A stretch of 64,000 nt of DNA from Phoronis australis. Its lineage: Eukaryota; Animalia; Phoronida. How positions within the stretch are numbered: the first letter of the stretch is position 1; every line of letters begins with the position of its first letter. The translations under genes and the position numbers were made by a program. Positions 11,937 to 26,600 of the stretch are shown here, piece by piece. Below the pieces are notes generated by a model that ran no database searches, had not been told where the DNA came from, and saw nothing but the letters and a program-made list of their open reading frames with translations. The DNA is taken from contig NMRA01000195.1 in the NCBI GenBank assembly GCA_002633005.1, positions 65,951-129,950 of the forward strand, in the 5' to 3' direction.

Positions 11937-12869
11937 TGTTCTTCAAATTTTTAATCGAGTTGAAGTATAAAAATATGTTTAATGTCGAAACAAGTATTCC
12001 AATTGCTACACAGCAACAGTGATACGTCGTGCGTAGACAGTGCGAAAGACGTGCGGCTGTACTCGAACACTTTATTGAGGACACATTGCTAACTACTGTG
12101 AAATGTTTATGGCAACGCACAAGACCATGTGCATATGTGTCACATTTCAGAGAATTAATTGGCAAAACTTGCATAATAAACCCATTATAACAAACAGAAA
12201 GCTTCCATTTGTGCCAGATAGTCCCAGTACAAACCTATGGACAGACTCGGCAGTGATCGGGTCCGCTTCCTGACGTGACGTGATTCCGAAGATAGCCGAA
12301 GTTGAAAATTTTCTGTTCTAGAAATTTTGTGGGGAATTGGGAGCGTGTTTTACACGAATAATAGAAGAATATGGGATATGAAATAAAAAGAAATGTGGTT
12401 CATAAGCAATCTTTATTAACAGTTAACACATGTGTATACATATTAACTACAACTAAATAGCTGTGAATCGACCTCTTTAACATACGAACACAGCTCATTT
12501 TGTGAATTTACATAACATGGCTACCCTTCCAAAAAGTATGGCTCCGGGTCTTGCATCCACTAAGAAACACAGGTAATGGAGTGCAAACATAGCATGGGTA
12601 ACTATAAACACTCTTTACGCACTCTTCCTTGAGTCATACATGTACACATTATTCTTTATTAGATGATTTTTGAACAGCTGCAAAAGCCGTGTTTGGAATG
12701 TATAAACGGGGATCGGCTTAAAATTAGGTATGTGAGTGGTGTTCATGAGTGTTTGACCATTGTTTTTCAGATAGCCTGCCAATGGAAAAGATAACATGCA
12801 TGTATACTATCTTGTTGATTTTTGCGTTCGGAGGTGTAAGAGCGCGACAGCTAGTACTCAAACAACAGG

Positions 12870-13095
12870 AAATTCACACGGTACAACGGATGGGGTTTGA
12901 AAGTCATACGGGACAACAGATGAGCTCTCAATTAAGTCATACGGTACAACGGGTAGGACTCTGAAAGTCATACGGTACAACGGGATGGGCTCTGAAAGTC
13001 ATACGGTACAACGGGTAGGACTCTGAAAGTCATACGGTACAACGGGGTGGGCTCTGAAAGTCATACGGTACAACGGGGTGGGCTCTGAATGTCAT
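12870..13095. repeat. 31-bp minisatellite (CTGAAAGTCATACGGTACAACGGGxxGGxCT) x~7
   Basis: Unit starts at 12961, 12992, 13023 and 13054; degenerate copies upstream. Confidence 0.92.
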
Positions 13096-13598
13096 GCAGG
13101 TTACCGGCATGGTGAAAAAACTGCCGCCAGCAGCTTTGAATATTGGTTGGCTAATATTGCAAATTTCTAAAATTTAGGACAAGTTTGGACCCCAAATGGC
13201 CTAGGAGCACAATTGCAAGCAGGAAAACCGCCAGAAATGTGAATGATACCATGGGTCGTTTTTGCTAGCCTTTTATTGGAGGCATGAGCTAATCCATGAA
13301 CACAAGTAAGAGCGCTTCGTCCCATCGTCACCTCTGACTAACACTGGACACGTTCTGACAATAACTACTGTTTAAAAGTGACTTGGGTGGTAAGAAAACA
13401 AACTAATTGTTATAGTAACTTGAGAGATTTATTAGAGTTGAAAGTTATAAGAACGATGCTCCACAACAACCCCATTAACAATATGAAGAGTTTATTGTGC
13501 TTTTATCGTTTCAGTTTTTTCATCCACCGAGCACCGTCGGGGTTAAGATAGCCTCGACTTCTTGGCAATAATGCAATCAAATTTACCCATCACTTTTC

Positions 13599-14665
13599 TT
13601 ACAGAAAAGCTACGGATTCTTTCGAATGATGTGCCGATATAGATTTTTTAACCCGAGATTTCTCCAGAAGTTGAGAAGCATGGTGACTTGCCAGGATCTG
13701 TAGAAGTACAGCTGACAACAATCCCAAACAAGATAATCCCAGACAAACATACATTAACGACATTTGGCCCATATTCTGCAGTAGGTAGCCAATCAGATTA
13801 TCCGTACCAATGTCGACTATGCCGGTTATAACAGCTATCCACCCAAGGAAACCCACAGAAAGGCTGACATAATTATTCAACCACGACATCATGGAACACC
13901 AAATGGGCGAGGCGAAAAATCTGTAAGCACAAAGGTATATCCATAATGTTGTACGAGATGTCAGACCAAATGATAGCAGTGCGCATGAAAAGGTCGCTGC
14001 AATGACTTCGGTGAAGAGGATGACATGTACTGGAATGAACAAACTGAACAACGAAGCCACGACACGAGACACCAAGCGTAGGAGGTTTGCAGTTGATATT
14101 AGAAACGCAGCTTCATCTTTATCAAATTTCAAGTTGGATCCTGTTGCGAACGAAAAGCCCCAAAGCGAAAGTGAAGATGTGTGGCCATACAGACAACAGA
14201 AAAAGGCCGATACTCCAATTAGCACGAGCAATCCAAATGCAAAATCCCCGCTGGCCCAATTCCGTGGAGATGCAGTTTCCAGAAAACTGCATTTTGCCGT
14301 GTCATTCGGTAAGTCTTCGCTGCGTAATTCATTGTCGGGAATCGGAATATAACGTCGTTCAAGGAGATCGAAAATGAAAAAACATATCCCAATTAATGCC
14401 ACTAGAGTTGCAACAAGTATAAAGGGTATCTCTATACGCGCCTGTTCAGTGTTAAGAGACCATTTCGTAAAATTGTGGGCGTTCACTTGCTGCAAAGACC
14501 TGTTGAACAGACTGTTATTTTGTGCCCCTTGTTTCCGGGAATCGGAAACGAAAGATTTACTTATCAGTGGAGTAAGGGCTTGTCCCACGGAATAACCCAA
14601 TGACAAAAGATGCAAGTGAAACGCCGCTCGATCTCCCCCCATCGAACTGATTACGTGAGGTTGCA
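13599..14665 (-). CDS. Gene B terminal exon 4
   Basis: ORF 13599-14684 with acceptor ttctttcag|TGCAACC at 14665; LHLLSLGYSVGQALTPLISKSF and SPRNWASGDF shared with gene A. Confidence 0.9.
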
Positions 14666-17600
14666 CTGAAAGAAAAAAACACATGTTCTAAATATATTGA
14701 TTTTTAAATTATCCATTAAGCTTCAGCTTACGGACCATACGAAATAGAGCCCGCATCATAACTCCTGGGACTCATAGAAGATGGAAATTTGTGACAACCA
14801 GAGACCAAGCAATGTGGTGCCCGAAGGTTGCTCAACGAGGGAGGGGTTAACATTGTGGCGGCATGGGCGTCTTTGAAATCCTCAAATAGATAAAGGCTCT
14901 CGTTAATTCAGGAGACTTACACCCAGTTAAGTTTTCCTGACACCAACTAAAGTTTCTTTGCCTTTTGATTAAGTGTGGTTCAAAATTCAGTTGGAACTAA
15001 CACATGAAATTGAAAAAAATGAATGGCAAATGTTCTTTTCAAATGTCCTATATTTTCCAAGGCCATGAAGTCCCAAGAGGTAAATGACACGCTGAGGCCA
15101 GTTTTTGAAAAGAAAATTGACCAAGTTTTGTGTTCGATTTATTTGGGAGATGAAAACCTAAGGTATGCAAATAAATTAAATTAAAAACTAAGTTTGCAAT
15201 TTTCGGCGACTTACTGAAGAACAAGTGTTGTGCAATTGAACAGACAGGTGGCACGCTAAGATGAATAAAATTCTTGCTATCTCATGAATAACATGCACTT
15301 AAGACGATTATTACATTACGTACGTTGCAGGTAAAGTTCACGTACATGCAGTTTCGTTCTTACATGTACATGTACGCCGTTGTTATACACTTAAATATTG
15401 CTGTCCCACACTTACAGATCTGGGAGACTGTTCTAGCGGACACGGCGAAAAATACTAGTACACCAAGCACCTCGACACATGGCGCAAAAGGCATCATTGC
15501 GTAAAACAGACAACCAACAATGCAACCACCAGCAATCGCCAAGTTACTCCTGAAACAACGTTTATGTATAAATGCAATGCATGATGTGAGCCCGCGAAGC
15601 ACGTCTTATATTTGCCTATTTTTGTTATTGCTTTTCAATTGAAACAACTCGTGAACTTTATGATTTTTGTGAAAATTTCAACACATCGGAACGTGAATAA
15701 CTCTGCACTAGATGTTGTAAGCTGATCGTTTCGTCTGGTAATGCTTGAACAAGATTTTTGACTAGCCTTGGCTTTCCATGCCTTTTTAATTTGAAAGTAC
15801 AACACAATTTGAGAAAGGCTGTCTTCTTCCACTTGCTTGCCACGTTGTCATTTGCTTATTAAACTCTTTTGTGCACGTGCGTTTGCGTTTCGATTTGCAT
15901 AACAAATAAGAGCATCGAGCTAATAATAATGTGATCGCAACAGGAATTCTGCCAAATTCAAATAGTGAGGTGGACTCAATGCCCATCATCACTTTACGTT
16001 AACATGTACACAATTCATTTCACGTTTGCACCCAAGCGACGTATCGCAGTTGCCGCAAAACATCGTATAAACGTGAACAAATCCATATGTCAAAGGCTTG
16101 TCGCAAAGTAAATCAGTAATTTCTTAAATCCGGAGAAACTCAGAAATAAATACTTAAAGCTGCTTTCCCAGTACTTGCGTTGGCCAAATGTAACATTGAA
16201 TTAGATCTTTGTCAGTCAGCTCATAATATTCCTTCCCGTGATTTGATTATTTTTCCATATAGGACAAAAACATTCATCAGCCAGCCATGGTCACTCTTTG
16301 GAGTTTCTTTAGGTTGTCCAAAACTAAAATGACGATTTCAAAAACGGCGCATGTACACCTTTCTGTGGCGTAAGTTGAATCACATATTGGTAAGGTCGAC
16401 TTCGTTACAGTAGAGTACCTACTCATAACTGAGATAAACAGGGTGAAAAGTATCCACCTTGAGAACTGATTGTCTGCTTCCAAAAGTTACGTTTCGAGTT
16501 TTAGTGAATTTTATGATATAAAAGAAGTGCTTGTATGTCCATCGCCAGCAAACTAGAAGAAGTTTTGTAATAGTCGATTTGTATCTTAATTTCTCAAAGG
16601 ATCTTCCGTAGTAAAACATACATTAACTTGTCTCGTGAACATATCGTCACGACTCAGCAAAATCACGAAGTTCTCTTGTATTATCACACATGTAAAGCAA
16701 TTACAAGCATTCAGAAACTGTCACTTTTCCGAACTATTTTCCCCATGTCACTGACCTATCACTTTCCTACGCGCCATTTTCAAATCTCATTAAAACATAT
16801 AGACTAATTTTTATTGACACAACCAAGCAAAAACGCTGTACCTTGACAGTTTCGGCTACTCAGAACAGTCATCTTTGGAAGGTATTGGACACTAGGTGGC
16901 GATGTGATGAAACTGTTCCGGATTTTAGACAATTTATATCCCCCATCGTCTCTGTTCATTACTGACCCACTTTTTTCATCCAAATAGACTCCCTAATCCG
17001 TCTAGATCTCAAGTTCTTTTCCGACTCGACAAGTCGGGCGTCTTTCCAGTTAAACACGTGGTTAAACCTCACCAGTGAATTGTGGGATGATCACAAGATT
17101 ACTCAGGATCAGTATATACATAGACTATTACATGGCGAAGTCGTTATCCCCCGTTATCTAGAGCCCGAGTGAATTTTGGAGAATTCTCGCCCGAGGGGCG
17201 CTTTATCTATGCCAGATACTAAACGAGAACATTGCATTGAATCGATCTACCTTTTTGACTCGCTGCTTTGTAAGTACATTTTATGTCAGAGGCCCGGGGT
17301 CGGAGGTCGTGACCTTTTAAGAAAAGCCGAGCTATTTTTTGTCAAGTAAGGCTTATACTCAAAACCAATTGGAAATTTAAACAAAATAGTAATGAAGTGA
17401 ATCTATAACTTAAGGTTTAGCAACTATTATAGCTTACTACGCATTTTATCACGATAAGCTTCGACCGGGAAAATATCGTTTGCTAAAGTAGGTTACCACT
17501 AGTAACTGACTATAATGTTCAAGTCAAAGGATCCTGACGACACGATACTCGCATTCAATTTGGAGATCGGTGATTTACAAGTGAGAGAACAAGAGAGAAA

Positions 17601-20600
17601 AATTTCACTGAATTAAAATATCGTTTTTATGGAAATTATGCGTCATATTTTTCATAGCGTATAAATATCGGTGCAATGCCCTTTGCTGAACATGCGTTTG
17701 TTGCGCGTTCTCATTTAAGTATTCTAGTTTCACGTTCGATGACGTCGGCCGCTGAGTGGTGTATTGTTAAAGTAGGAGATTCGTAACTGTTGAGGCCCGG
17801 GTTCGAATCCGGCCTCGGTTTCCCGCCAACATGTTATCTCACTAGTGAGATAACTTTAGGGCTATTACACGGTTGTATCTGCCATTCGAGGCTAATATTG
17901 TGGTATAAATACCTTTACCCCACTGCTCATGTGATTCCCCTACTGTACTGTAGTGTACTCCCATAATACATAAAGAGAGTTACCCTATCCGTCCTATCGT
18001 AGATAGTACAGGTCCTATTGCGTACAATTTATCTCGCTCACTCACCGATATTCTTACAGAGGATCTGTCTCATTAAAACATGTTTTCGAAACTCTGTGAC
18101 ATGTTGAATAATTGTATGTTACAGATTGTAGGTCATCTAGTGGTAACAAACATTGACAACTAATTTGTGAGAGTAAAGGATGTTATTAGGACAGAAGGCA
18201 ATTTAGCTAACAGCTAGCAATTATCAATACATGCACAATTCATGTTTCTGTTTAACTACCAAAGGTTAGACAAGTGGGTATTAGCCAACCCCTCGTTCTC
18301 GTGTTTTCAAAATGATTACTTGCGACAGACAGAATTCTCTCAAAATATCATCTATGCCATGACAATCCGCGGGCCAAGACAAGAATCACGCAAAAACTTC
18401 GTGACAAGTTGCCAAGCATAGACATCTTTTTGATAGCCGTCATTTTGAATTACGCAAAGGTTTCTGAGAAAAATGTCGGTGTTCGCAGGAGATTCGCAGC
18501 AACTCACCTGCAGATTTAGTACGGAGTATGGGTACGATGACAAGAGCGTCCAAAAGAACAGCTATTGTTCAAATCAGGTTACAGGTTTTAAGTATCAATT
18601 GTAGTGGTTGTAGTATGAAAATTATACCAAGATCGCCCAATTTTAGTAATGAGATAAGTGAATGTAGGTGTGATATAGCAAAATGATTTTTGCTACAATC
18701 CAAAAATCTTTTCTTAAATGAGCGTAAAAGATTCTATTGGATTTGTTTGAGTTTACGCAATAGTTGATTTTCCAAGCATGCCAGAAGATTTTTTTGTCCT
18801 CTATGTTATTTAGTGTTTCAGTTTGATTCAAAAACAGGCCTGCTTTGAATTCCGAGCCATCCGATGGAGCGCGCCTGAAAATTGCGGATAAAAATGAAGA
18901 CATTCAGTGCCGTAAACAAGTTAGACGTATTTGAAACGCCTTATGGAAGACATTAGAATAACATTCCATTAACAGTGAAAATATGATCTGTCAAGCTCCA
19001 GTTGACAAAGGAAGTTATTACATCCGAAAATTTCAAATTTCAGTTGATCCATTCTTGTTGTTTTATTTACCGATTTATATTCTACATTTCGTGAAACAGT
19101 AGTATCCTTGGGAGGATCTGGATCGCCTTATTTAGTTTCAGATTTATTACTTTGCGCGTGTAAGCGCAGAGTACTGTTGTTCCTGGGTTTTCTTCAATTT
19201 TATTCCTCTTATTCTTCTTATTACTCTGCGCGTGTAAGCGCAGAGTACTGTTGTTCCTGGGTTTTCTTCAATTTTATTCTTATTCTTCTTATTCTTCTTC
19301 TTATTCTTCTTCCGGCCATTTTTGAGGCTTAATAACTCGAAATTGGGTGCAGGTGCTTCCTTTAAATTCAGCATATGACTTTTGACAGTATATAAATTTT
19401 GATTGGTTACATAACCATATTCCATATTGCACCGGAAGAGCTCGCTTGGTGCAAATGTCATATGATTTTTAAAATGCTGCTCCTTCAGTTTTAAAGCTAT
19501 CTTTTTCAAATTCGGTGCGCAGGTATAGGTCAACATGACCATTTAAATATTACTTTTCTAAGTAATCGGGTCATCCAATCAGGTGAAATGGTTCAAAGGT
19601 CATTAGGTGCAAACTAAACTTTTGAGCTAGACACTTCAAATTGATAGGTCTGATTGCCACAGGTAAATTAAATAGGAATCCAAATTTTCAGGTCATTAAG
19701 TGCAAACATGAGGTCATTAGGTGCATTTTTCTAAAAATTTGATCTTTTCAATCAGCAAGTACATGTATTCTGATGTGTCAACCGTTAGACAACTGTGATT
19801 CTCAGCGTTAAACACATTTTTCATGGGCTTTGCAATAATTCTCCTAAAGATGCTGAAAATGCACCGGATAAGGTCCATTAGTGCAAAGGTCATGTAACGT
19901 TCAACATGTTATATCTCTTACGTTTTTCAAGGAATTCTTTTCAATAGCGGAGTTGCAACCGAATCGATTTAACGATTGCGCATGTCCAGAAATTAGGGTG
20001 CGCAAAGGCTACTGGGATTGTTGATCGTAAACGGGATGACCGACTGGTTTGCACGACGTGTAATTTGTGTGCATTAAACTACGCTGCTGTATGTAATTCT
20101 GCCGCTATTCGCCCCAATTAGCGCCCATGGCTCAACAAGTGCCCCAACGCGTTTTCAGACTTTGCTAAACTAAGCCCCCAGCCCATGAACTACATGCGAA
20201 AATGCCCTTACCTACAGTTCTAACGTCTCCAATTTATCAATTGAAAGATCCGACAGCCTGAATTTGTAACGGACCACGAGCCTCACCGTTATGTCCGTAT
20301 ACACTTCAAACTTACGCCGCGATTCAAAAATAACGCAGAAGTTTTGCTGCTCTTGCGAGGGATGTGCCCCACTACGCGGGTCTGGACTTTGAAAACAGAC
20401 ACAGCGTACTTGTCAAATAGCAGGATTGCATTGTTTCTTTCCAGTACAGATCTTCTCCGGCCTCAAACTTCTTTGTGCATGTGAAAACCGTGAATCGAAG
20501 ACAAATAAAAAAAACTCGATCAGTGTTAGCACGCGACCAAGAAGCGCGCGCTGCATAATGTACCGACTGTCATCGAAGATTAATCGGGTAACATAGCATC

Positions 20601-23600
20601 GGCAAATAAATATTGGCACTAATTTCCGAAAGTTTCCAATACCGTAAAAGCTTCTGCATTATTTTTAAGAGAAATTATTTAACTAATCATAATTGGTGTT
20701 TTTAAGGTCAAAGTGACCCACTTCGCACCCTTACACCCAAAATCTTCCGGGAAATAGCTGTTACACTACGGTCACGCATCCACTCACCCGGCGACTCAAT
20801 GAGTGACATGTCGGTCTTACCGAAAAAATTCTCGAACGTTTTTAGCAGATGAGGCCAGCAAGTGCTAAGCCGTAAATATTAAAACACGCTCTGCTTGACT
20901 GCTTGACTTATTTTTTTTTTTGATACAATGCACACCTAGATCATTACATTACTCTGGCAAATGAACTCTGACAAGCACACGAACGCTTACTCTCACACAC
21001 ACGCATACAAACTTCAAAACAAACGTCACGTGACAACAACATGTGTTCCCACAGAGATTTTTCTCGGGTTGCGTGCTACAATCTAGCGTAGATTTGGACT
21101 TAATCTGCAGTTAATCCAGACTTCACAAGAACTTAAAAATCTTAGAGACGCTATTTGGAAAACTTGAGGAGGATTTCAGGTAATTTGTTGAGTCAAAGCT
21201 GTATTCTTATTTACGAATTCAAGCCCTATCGACGATTGCGAGACCAGCAGCTACGCATTTGTCGGCAAGATTTCGCCCTGGAACTTCAACAAAATTTTAT
21301 GAAAAATGATCGTAATTTAACAACGAATTTTGATAGCAATGTACCACAATTTTGTAGAAAGTAAATAATAATAATCTGCACGCTTTATCTTAGCGCGTAA
21401 TGCATATAGTGTGCATACGTTAAGTGAGTCGACCCAGAACAGGTGATTGTGTAGAGGCATTATCCTCAAAATTGCTCATGTTGGCTTGTTTCTGGTCAAG
21501 CGAAAACAAGTGTTTTTTTCACTACCAACCGCCGTGGAGTATTTGTTACTGTTTCTTTGAAGGGAGATATTGTTGGGCAGTTTCTAAGATACGTTTTCTT
21601 GCCGCCCTCAAAATGAGCGCTGCACACTTTATGCTACGAAGTCGGAAAGAATTCACGAATTGCTACCAGCTCTACCGATGTCTCTGACCCATGTTTAACG
21701 AAGTTCTTGATCCTTGGGAAACAGGTAGTAACTAAATTTTTATTTCGCTAACTGGTATTATAGCATGCCAGGCACACAACACGTATAACCTCCCTGTGGC
21801 CGGTTCGCCCCCACGCTTGCCGAAGTACTTGTTTACCGGCTTAACCACAATGCAACATTCTGACCCATTTCCAATATGGCGGCGTTGCAACTCCGCTATC
21901 TCAGCACGCTGGTGTAAGTCAACATGCCAATTGAATACCCTACTCTACTTTGCAATAGGCCTAACCAATCAGAAAATAATATGTCAAAGGCCATTGAGTG
22001 CAATCCAAAATTTTGAGCTAGAGACTTCAGAATTACGTATCTGTTTACTAAGTGCGATTGAGTTTGAATTCTAAATTTTCAGATCACTTGGTGCACCCAT
22101 GGGGTCATTAGGTGCATTTTTCTTCTGAAAGATTGACCACTTCATTCATCTTGTATTCTGAAGTGTTTAAAGTAAAGCATCTGTGATTATTAGCATTAAC
22201 CACACTTTTAATCGAGTTAACAATTACTCCCTCATCGGGGCTCATACTGCACCGGAAGAGGTCAATTAGTGGAAAGGTCATCAAAAATTAATATGTAATT
22301 TCTCCTACAGTTTTAAAGAATTCCTTTCCATATTGGTAAACGGGTTGCTGTCAGTAATTTCCCATAATGATTCCAGTAATACGCACGCGCAGAGTCCGTT
22401 ATTGTCACGCCGTGACAATAATCTTTCTAGTTTCCTGCGTTATTTAGCATGAACAATGATATTTTAAATCGACGTCATATTTTCATCGTCGCAGACGCGA
22501 AAGTTACAATTCATTCTGAAAGTTCAACTTATTAACTTATGTAGAATTGAGTTTACAGTTGGACTTAAAGAGTCCCCACTACGCATTTTCTTAGTTTTTT
22601 AGGTTTCGTTTAGCTAATATGAAATGTTTTCCACAAAATCTAACTAAATAAGCACATTATATGCCAAATAGTCGCCAACACGTTAATTCTGAAGAAAAGT
22701 TAGTTATTCCCAAGTTTCCGGTAAAATGGCGTAATGGGTGGAATACGTTTGGTCGCTTGACACTCAATTGCAATGGCGGAACACAGAGGATAAGAAGAGG
22801 AGGACGATTTTGAACGAGTACCAGACAATTATCATTCAGACAGAGGAAAGAGAGGATACGGGCAGCACTCAAGCATTTGAAGACAAATAGACACTGGTAA
22901 AGGCCGCAGTAAACCTATGGCCGTGGTGGAACGAAGGGACGGACCCAGGATTTTGAGTTACAGGGGGCCAGGGCAAAGCAATAATCAGAATTACGCCACA
23001 TGCGCGCGCCCAGCCTAAAACGTAGGGATGCAGGGGTCTTAAACTTTGTGGACCTTATTACTAAAAAAACGGGGTTTGTTCAAGGTCCCCGAGACGCCCT
23101 GGGTACGCGCATATGCTAGTCGGCAATTCCGGCCCGACTGCCAAATGGTATCTGGAAGAAGTTTAGAGGGGGGGCATGACCCCCTTGCCCCCGTAAATCC
23201 GCCACTGGAGTGAGCACGGTCTAAACACAACGCATATGCCTACAGTGTACGTCTCGTAGCACTCAATCTGGGCCAGGGCCTGGCGTCACTCTCGCAAGAA
23301 TGGAAGCAGTTTGTTTGTTGTTTATAAAATTTTCAAATACGCTTACACGGTAGCTACTCCGTCATCGTAACGCCATTTTTGTATGTAGTCGAAACAAGAT
23401 TCCTTAAAATGCTGCGAGCAAATTGCGGCTCCCAACTGAATCGCAAGTTCCTAACAGACATTCCACATTCCCCTGCAGCGCACAAACCAATGTTATTTCT
23501 CTTCAACTTTCACATACATGTATTTATGAAATTTCAAAATAGGAACGTTCTCGGTCAAGTTGCATTTACTACAGACCCCACAAACGCATCTTTGATGTCT

Positions 23601-26600
23601 GAAAAAGGCTGCTTTCCGCTTTTGTAAATCCTCAGTATCGCACTGGTAAAATCAACAACGGCTTAGACGTTCTTGAAACCATTACATGTACGTACAACTC
23701 CGATAACAGAAAATTATTATTTTTTAATTTTTCTTGTTTCTTATTAACAGGTACAATAAAAGCTATCAAATCTTCTAAGGTGTGTTAGTAAAATTATTTT
23801 TGAAACACATGGTCATGGTAGGAACTCTTTAATTAGCAGACTTTTTACCTAACTACTACAAACAGTGTGACCGTTGGTGCCACCGTAGCGAAATATTTAT
23901 GAACTGCTACCAATTATAAGGTACATGTACCACTGAACAGGTAGGCTGCAGCCACAGGGCAAATACTCGTCTCCACTTGAGTGTGCGTCGGCGGCCAAAT
24001 TCCCGTAATAACTGTACGGTGTCTTCTAAGGTCTATTGCAAGCAAGGCACGTGATCACATTAGCTCAAGGTTCTTGCCTTTGCAAGTGCACACAATATTA
24101 GTGTTATGTTGATTTCGCGGGTTGAAACAGCGCTCTAGTGCATAATGTTTGTAGTTTCAATGAAAATGCACTAAGGCCACTTTCGCTAGAGTGCGCTGTC
24201 TGTGGACTGATCTGTGCATGCAGTTGTGGACTTATGTACAATATACAGTAAGGCATGGAAAGAAAAGAACACAACCAGATACACTGTGCTGTGGGTGGTT
24301 AACCTACCTTTTAGGAAACTTGCTCATCAAAAATGTCACCAAAGGTGCAGAAAAAAGGAAACTCAGCTGACCGACTGACATGGTGGTCGCCATGGTTGCG
24401 TAGCTGCCTTTGGTTTGTGCGATAAGATCCGGTAAACAGATGCCGATGTTCGTGTCTGCACATGCCTTGGAATGAACGAGAGTAGAAGTGAGACACAAAA
24501 AATGGTATCTAACGACAAATTTGATACGTTTACGTGTAATTTCAATACAGGAGAATGCCACCCCATTTAATCAGTCTTTTTTCGACTTAATCGGTCGATA
24601 TCCACATCGCCTCGCATACGGTCGACCACACCTTGCCCAGAGGTGTAGCGTGAACCTGTGAGGAAGGTGAGAAACGACGCAGCGACGTCAGTGATTCATT
24701 TGCAGAGTCGGCGTGCATTGTTCCCGCTTGTCCGAACTATGAAGCTGCGAGGAAAGCGCGTACATCGTTTTTTTTTCGACTTCATCGAGAGTCCGAAATG
24801 CTTAGGTAGTGCCTCGCGGTAGTGAAGAATGAAAAGTACGCTGTTAAGAGCATTCAGTGAAACATCTCCGTGTCTGTGACCGGCTGTAGTCGACAGTGAG
24901 TTAGACGAATGCCGGCTTACATAACTATCTATACGTTTCATGTGCATGTTCGCGGCGGCTGTATTCCGGTTCGAATTGAAAGACTGCGAAACTTAACGAT
25001 CCGCCTGCGAAGTCTTCGTCGGATGTCTTCTGTTTCAAAATGAATTATTCTCACCTTAACCAATGCTTATGTAAAACTGAAACAAACTCTGCCTCATAAG
25101 ATAAAATTCGTAATGCCTTTGGAGTATTCATGAGTGCAATTGTTTTGAGAAGCCAGCAATGAATGAACCACTGCGTTTCCAGCTTCAGATGTCAAAAAGG
25201 TACTGGCAGGGCACCGAGGCCGTGTGAGCGCATCGGTGTTTGCTGACAGAAAGCATTTGTGAAACAATAACTCGATTCAGTTTACAGGTATATGCTATGG
25301 TCACATGTTAGGTTAATCTTCATTTAGGTATACATGTACAAATACCTTATTCACATCATTGTTACTGTACAACTTTTGCCCTGACGGTTCCGTAAAAGGG
25401 CATCTTGATTTCGCGGCAACCGACAAGTAAATTGATTTGCAGTTTCGCTGCTTGTTCACCACTCATTATTTCTTTTGCTCGCTAGTATAGTTTTTTCGTA
25501 ATTGGAAGTTCTGTTTACAACTTAAGCTAGGTTATTCGCTTGATGTCCTGTCCCGGCGGCAGCGACAGGCCTGATCTGGTTCGATAGGCACGCGGGCTGG
25601 GATAACAAGCGTTTTGTGTGTTTAGAACTGAAAAAATCTAATTCTAAAAGTACAACATACAGCTATCTTTAATGTCTGTACTTCACGGAAGAATGATTCG
25701 AATTGATCACCAAACAGATCAAATTTCCCGCGATCGACCATGACAAATTGGCCTAGGAGTCTACACTCCTCGATCGAACTCTGAAGGTCACCGTACGTTC
25801 ACATACCTATAATCCGTAGCAGTGAAATAAAACAACACGTTTGTTAAAGAACTCGGTATAATTGTACTGGTTTTATGTCGAAATATGATGATTTATTGGT
25901 GTAAAACGATGCATCCAAGCAATAAGTTGACACCCGTAAGCGTGTTGTAAACGTACATTTATGAACAGACTGCGTTCGAACCGATTACGTCATTGGATAA
26001 TTTCAACACATCCGTCTCAGCCGTCAGGTGTCAGGTAAAACAACGCAACTTGGTGTTATCGAGTGAGACTACTCGATCTAAATTTATGCAAAATAGGTTG
26101 TTTTGGGAAGCATTCTAATTTTACTGTAAGACCATAACACTGAGTCTATAGGCGGCGGTGTACGAACACACTGGCTGATTTTTTTTCGCTGCCGCGCTAT
26201 AAACCAGCTTTCCAACCATTGCAGATGGTCGGTATCCGAAAATAATCATCAAGCTTTTGGTTTTTGGTGCAAGTCGACCGTCGTTCCTCAGAAGAGGTGT
26301 ATTTCGAGTTCTGGTTCTCCTTATCTGGTGACCAGTTATGTCAAGATTTGACTACCATGTAGTCAATAGGGACTCGGTCATTGTCAGTATCATCGTAACT
26401 AGGGCAGCCCTGCTATTGTTTTGCAACGTGGTTCCTCTCAGAATCCCACCTACGACTGGTTGAAGACCCTTGTCATCTCGCCAGTCATTGCTTTCTAATC
26501 AGTCTTTGAAAAGGGTTATTGAACTAAAGTAAACATGGCTGACCTTGAAAAGAAGTTGAAAGCTATGTAGGAAAGGATTATAATATCGTTCAGGAGTGTT

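Larger units (their letters stand above)
10617..12476. mobile_element. Internally deleted Kolobok transposon with convergent KolX-like and THAP stubs
   Basis: TTAA on both sides (10613-10616, 12477-12480); imperfect TIR AGACATAGTTTCACA vs AGAGGTCGATTCACA (11/15); THAP stub on minus, acidic PxxFEP stub on plus. Confidence 0.65.

Noticed and set aside
14002-14595. Plus-strand ORFs overlapping the MFS exons (also 32269-32896 and 2599-2844)
   Set aside because: Antisense shadows of the transporter coding sequence.
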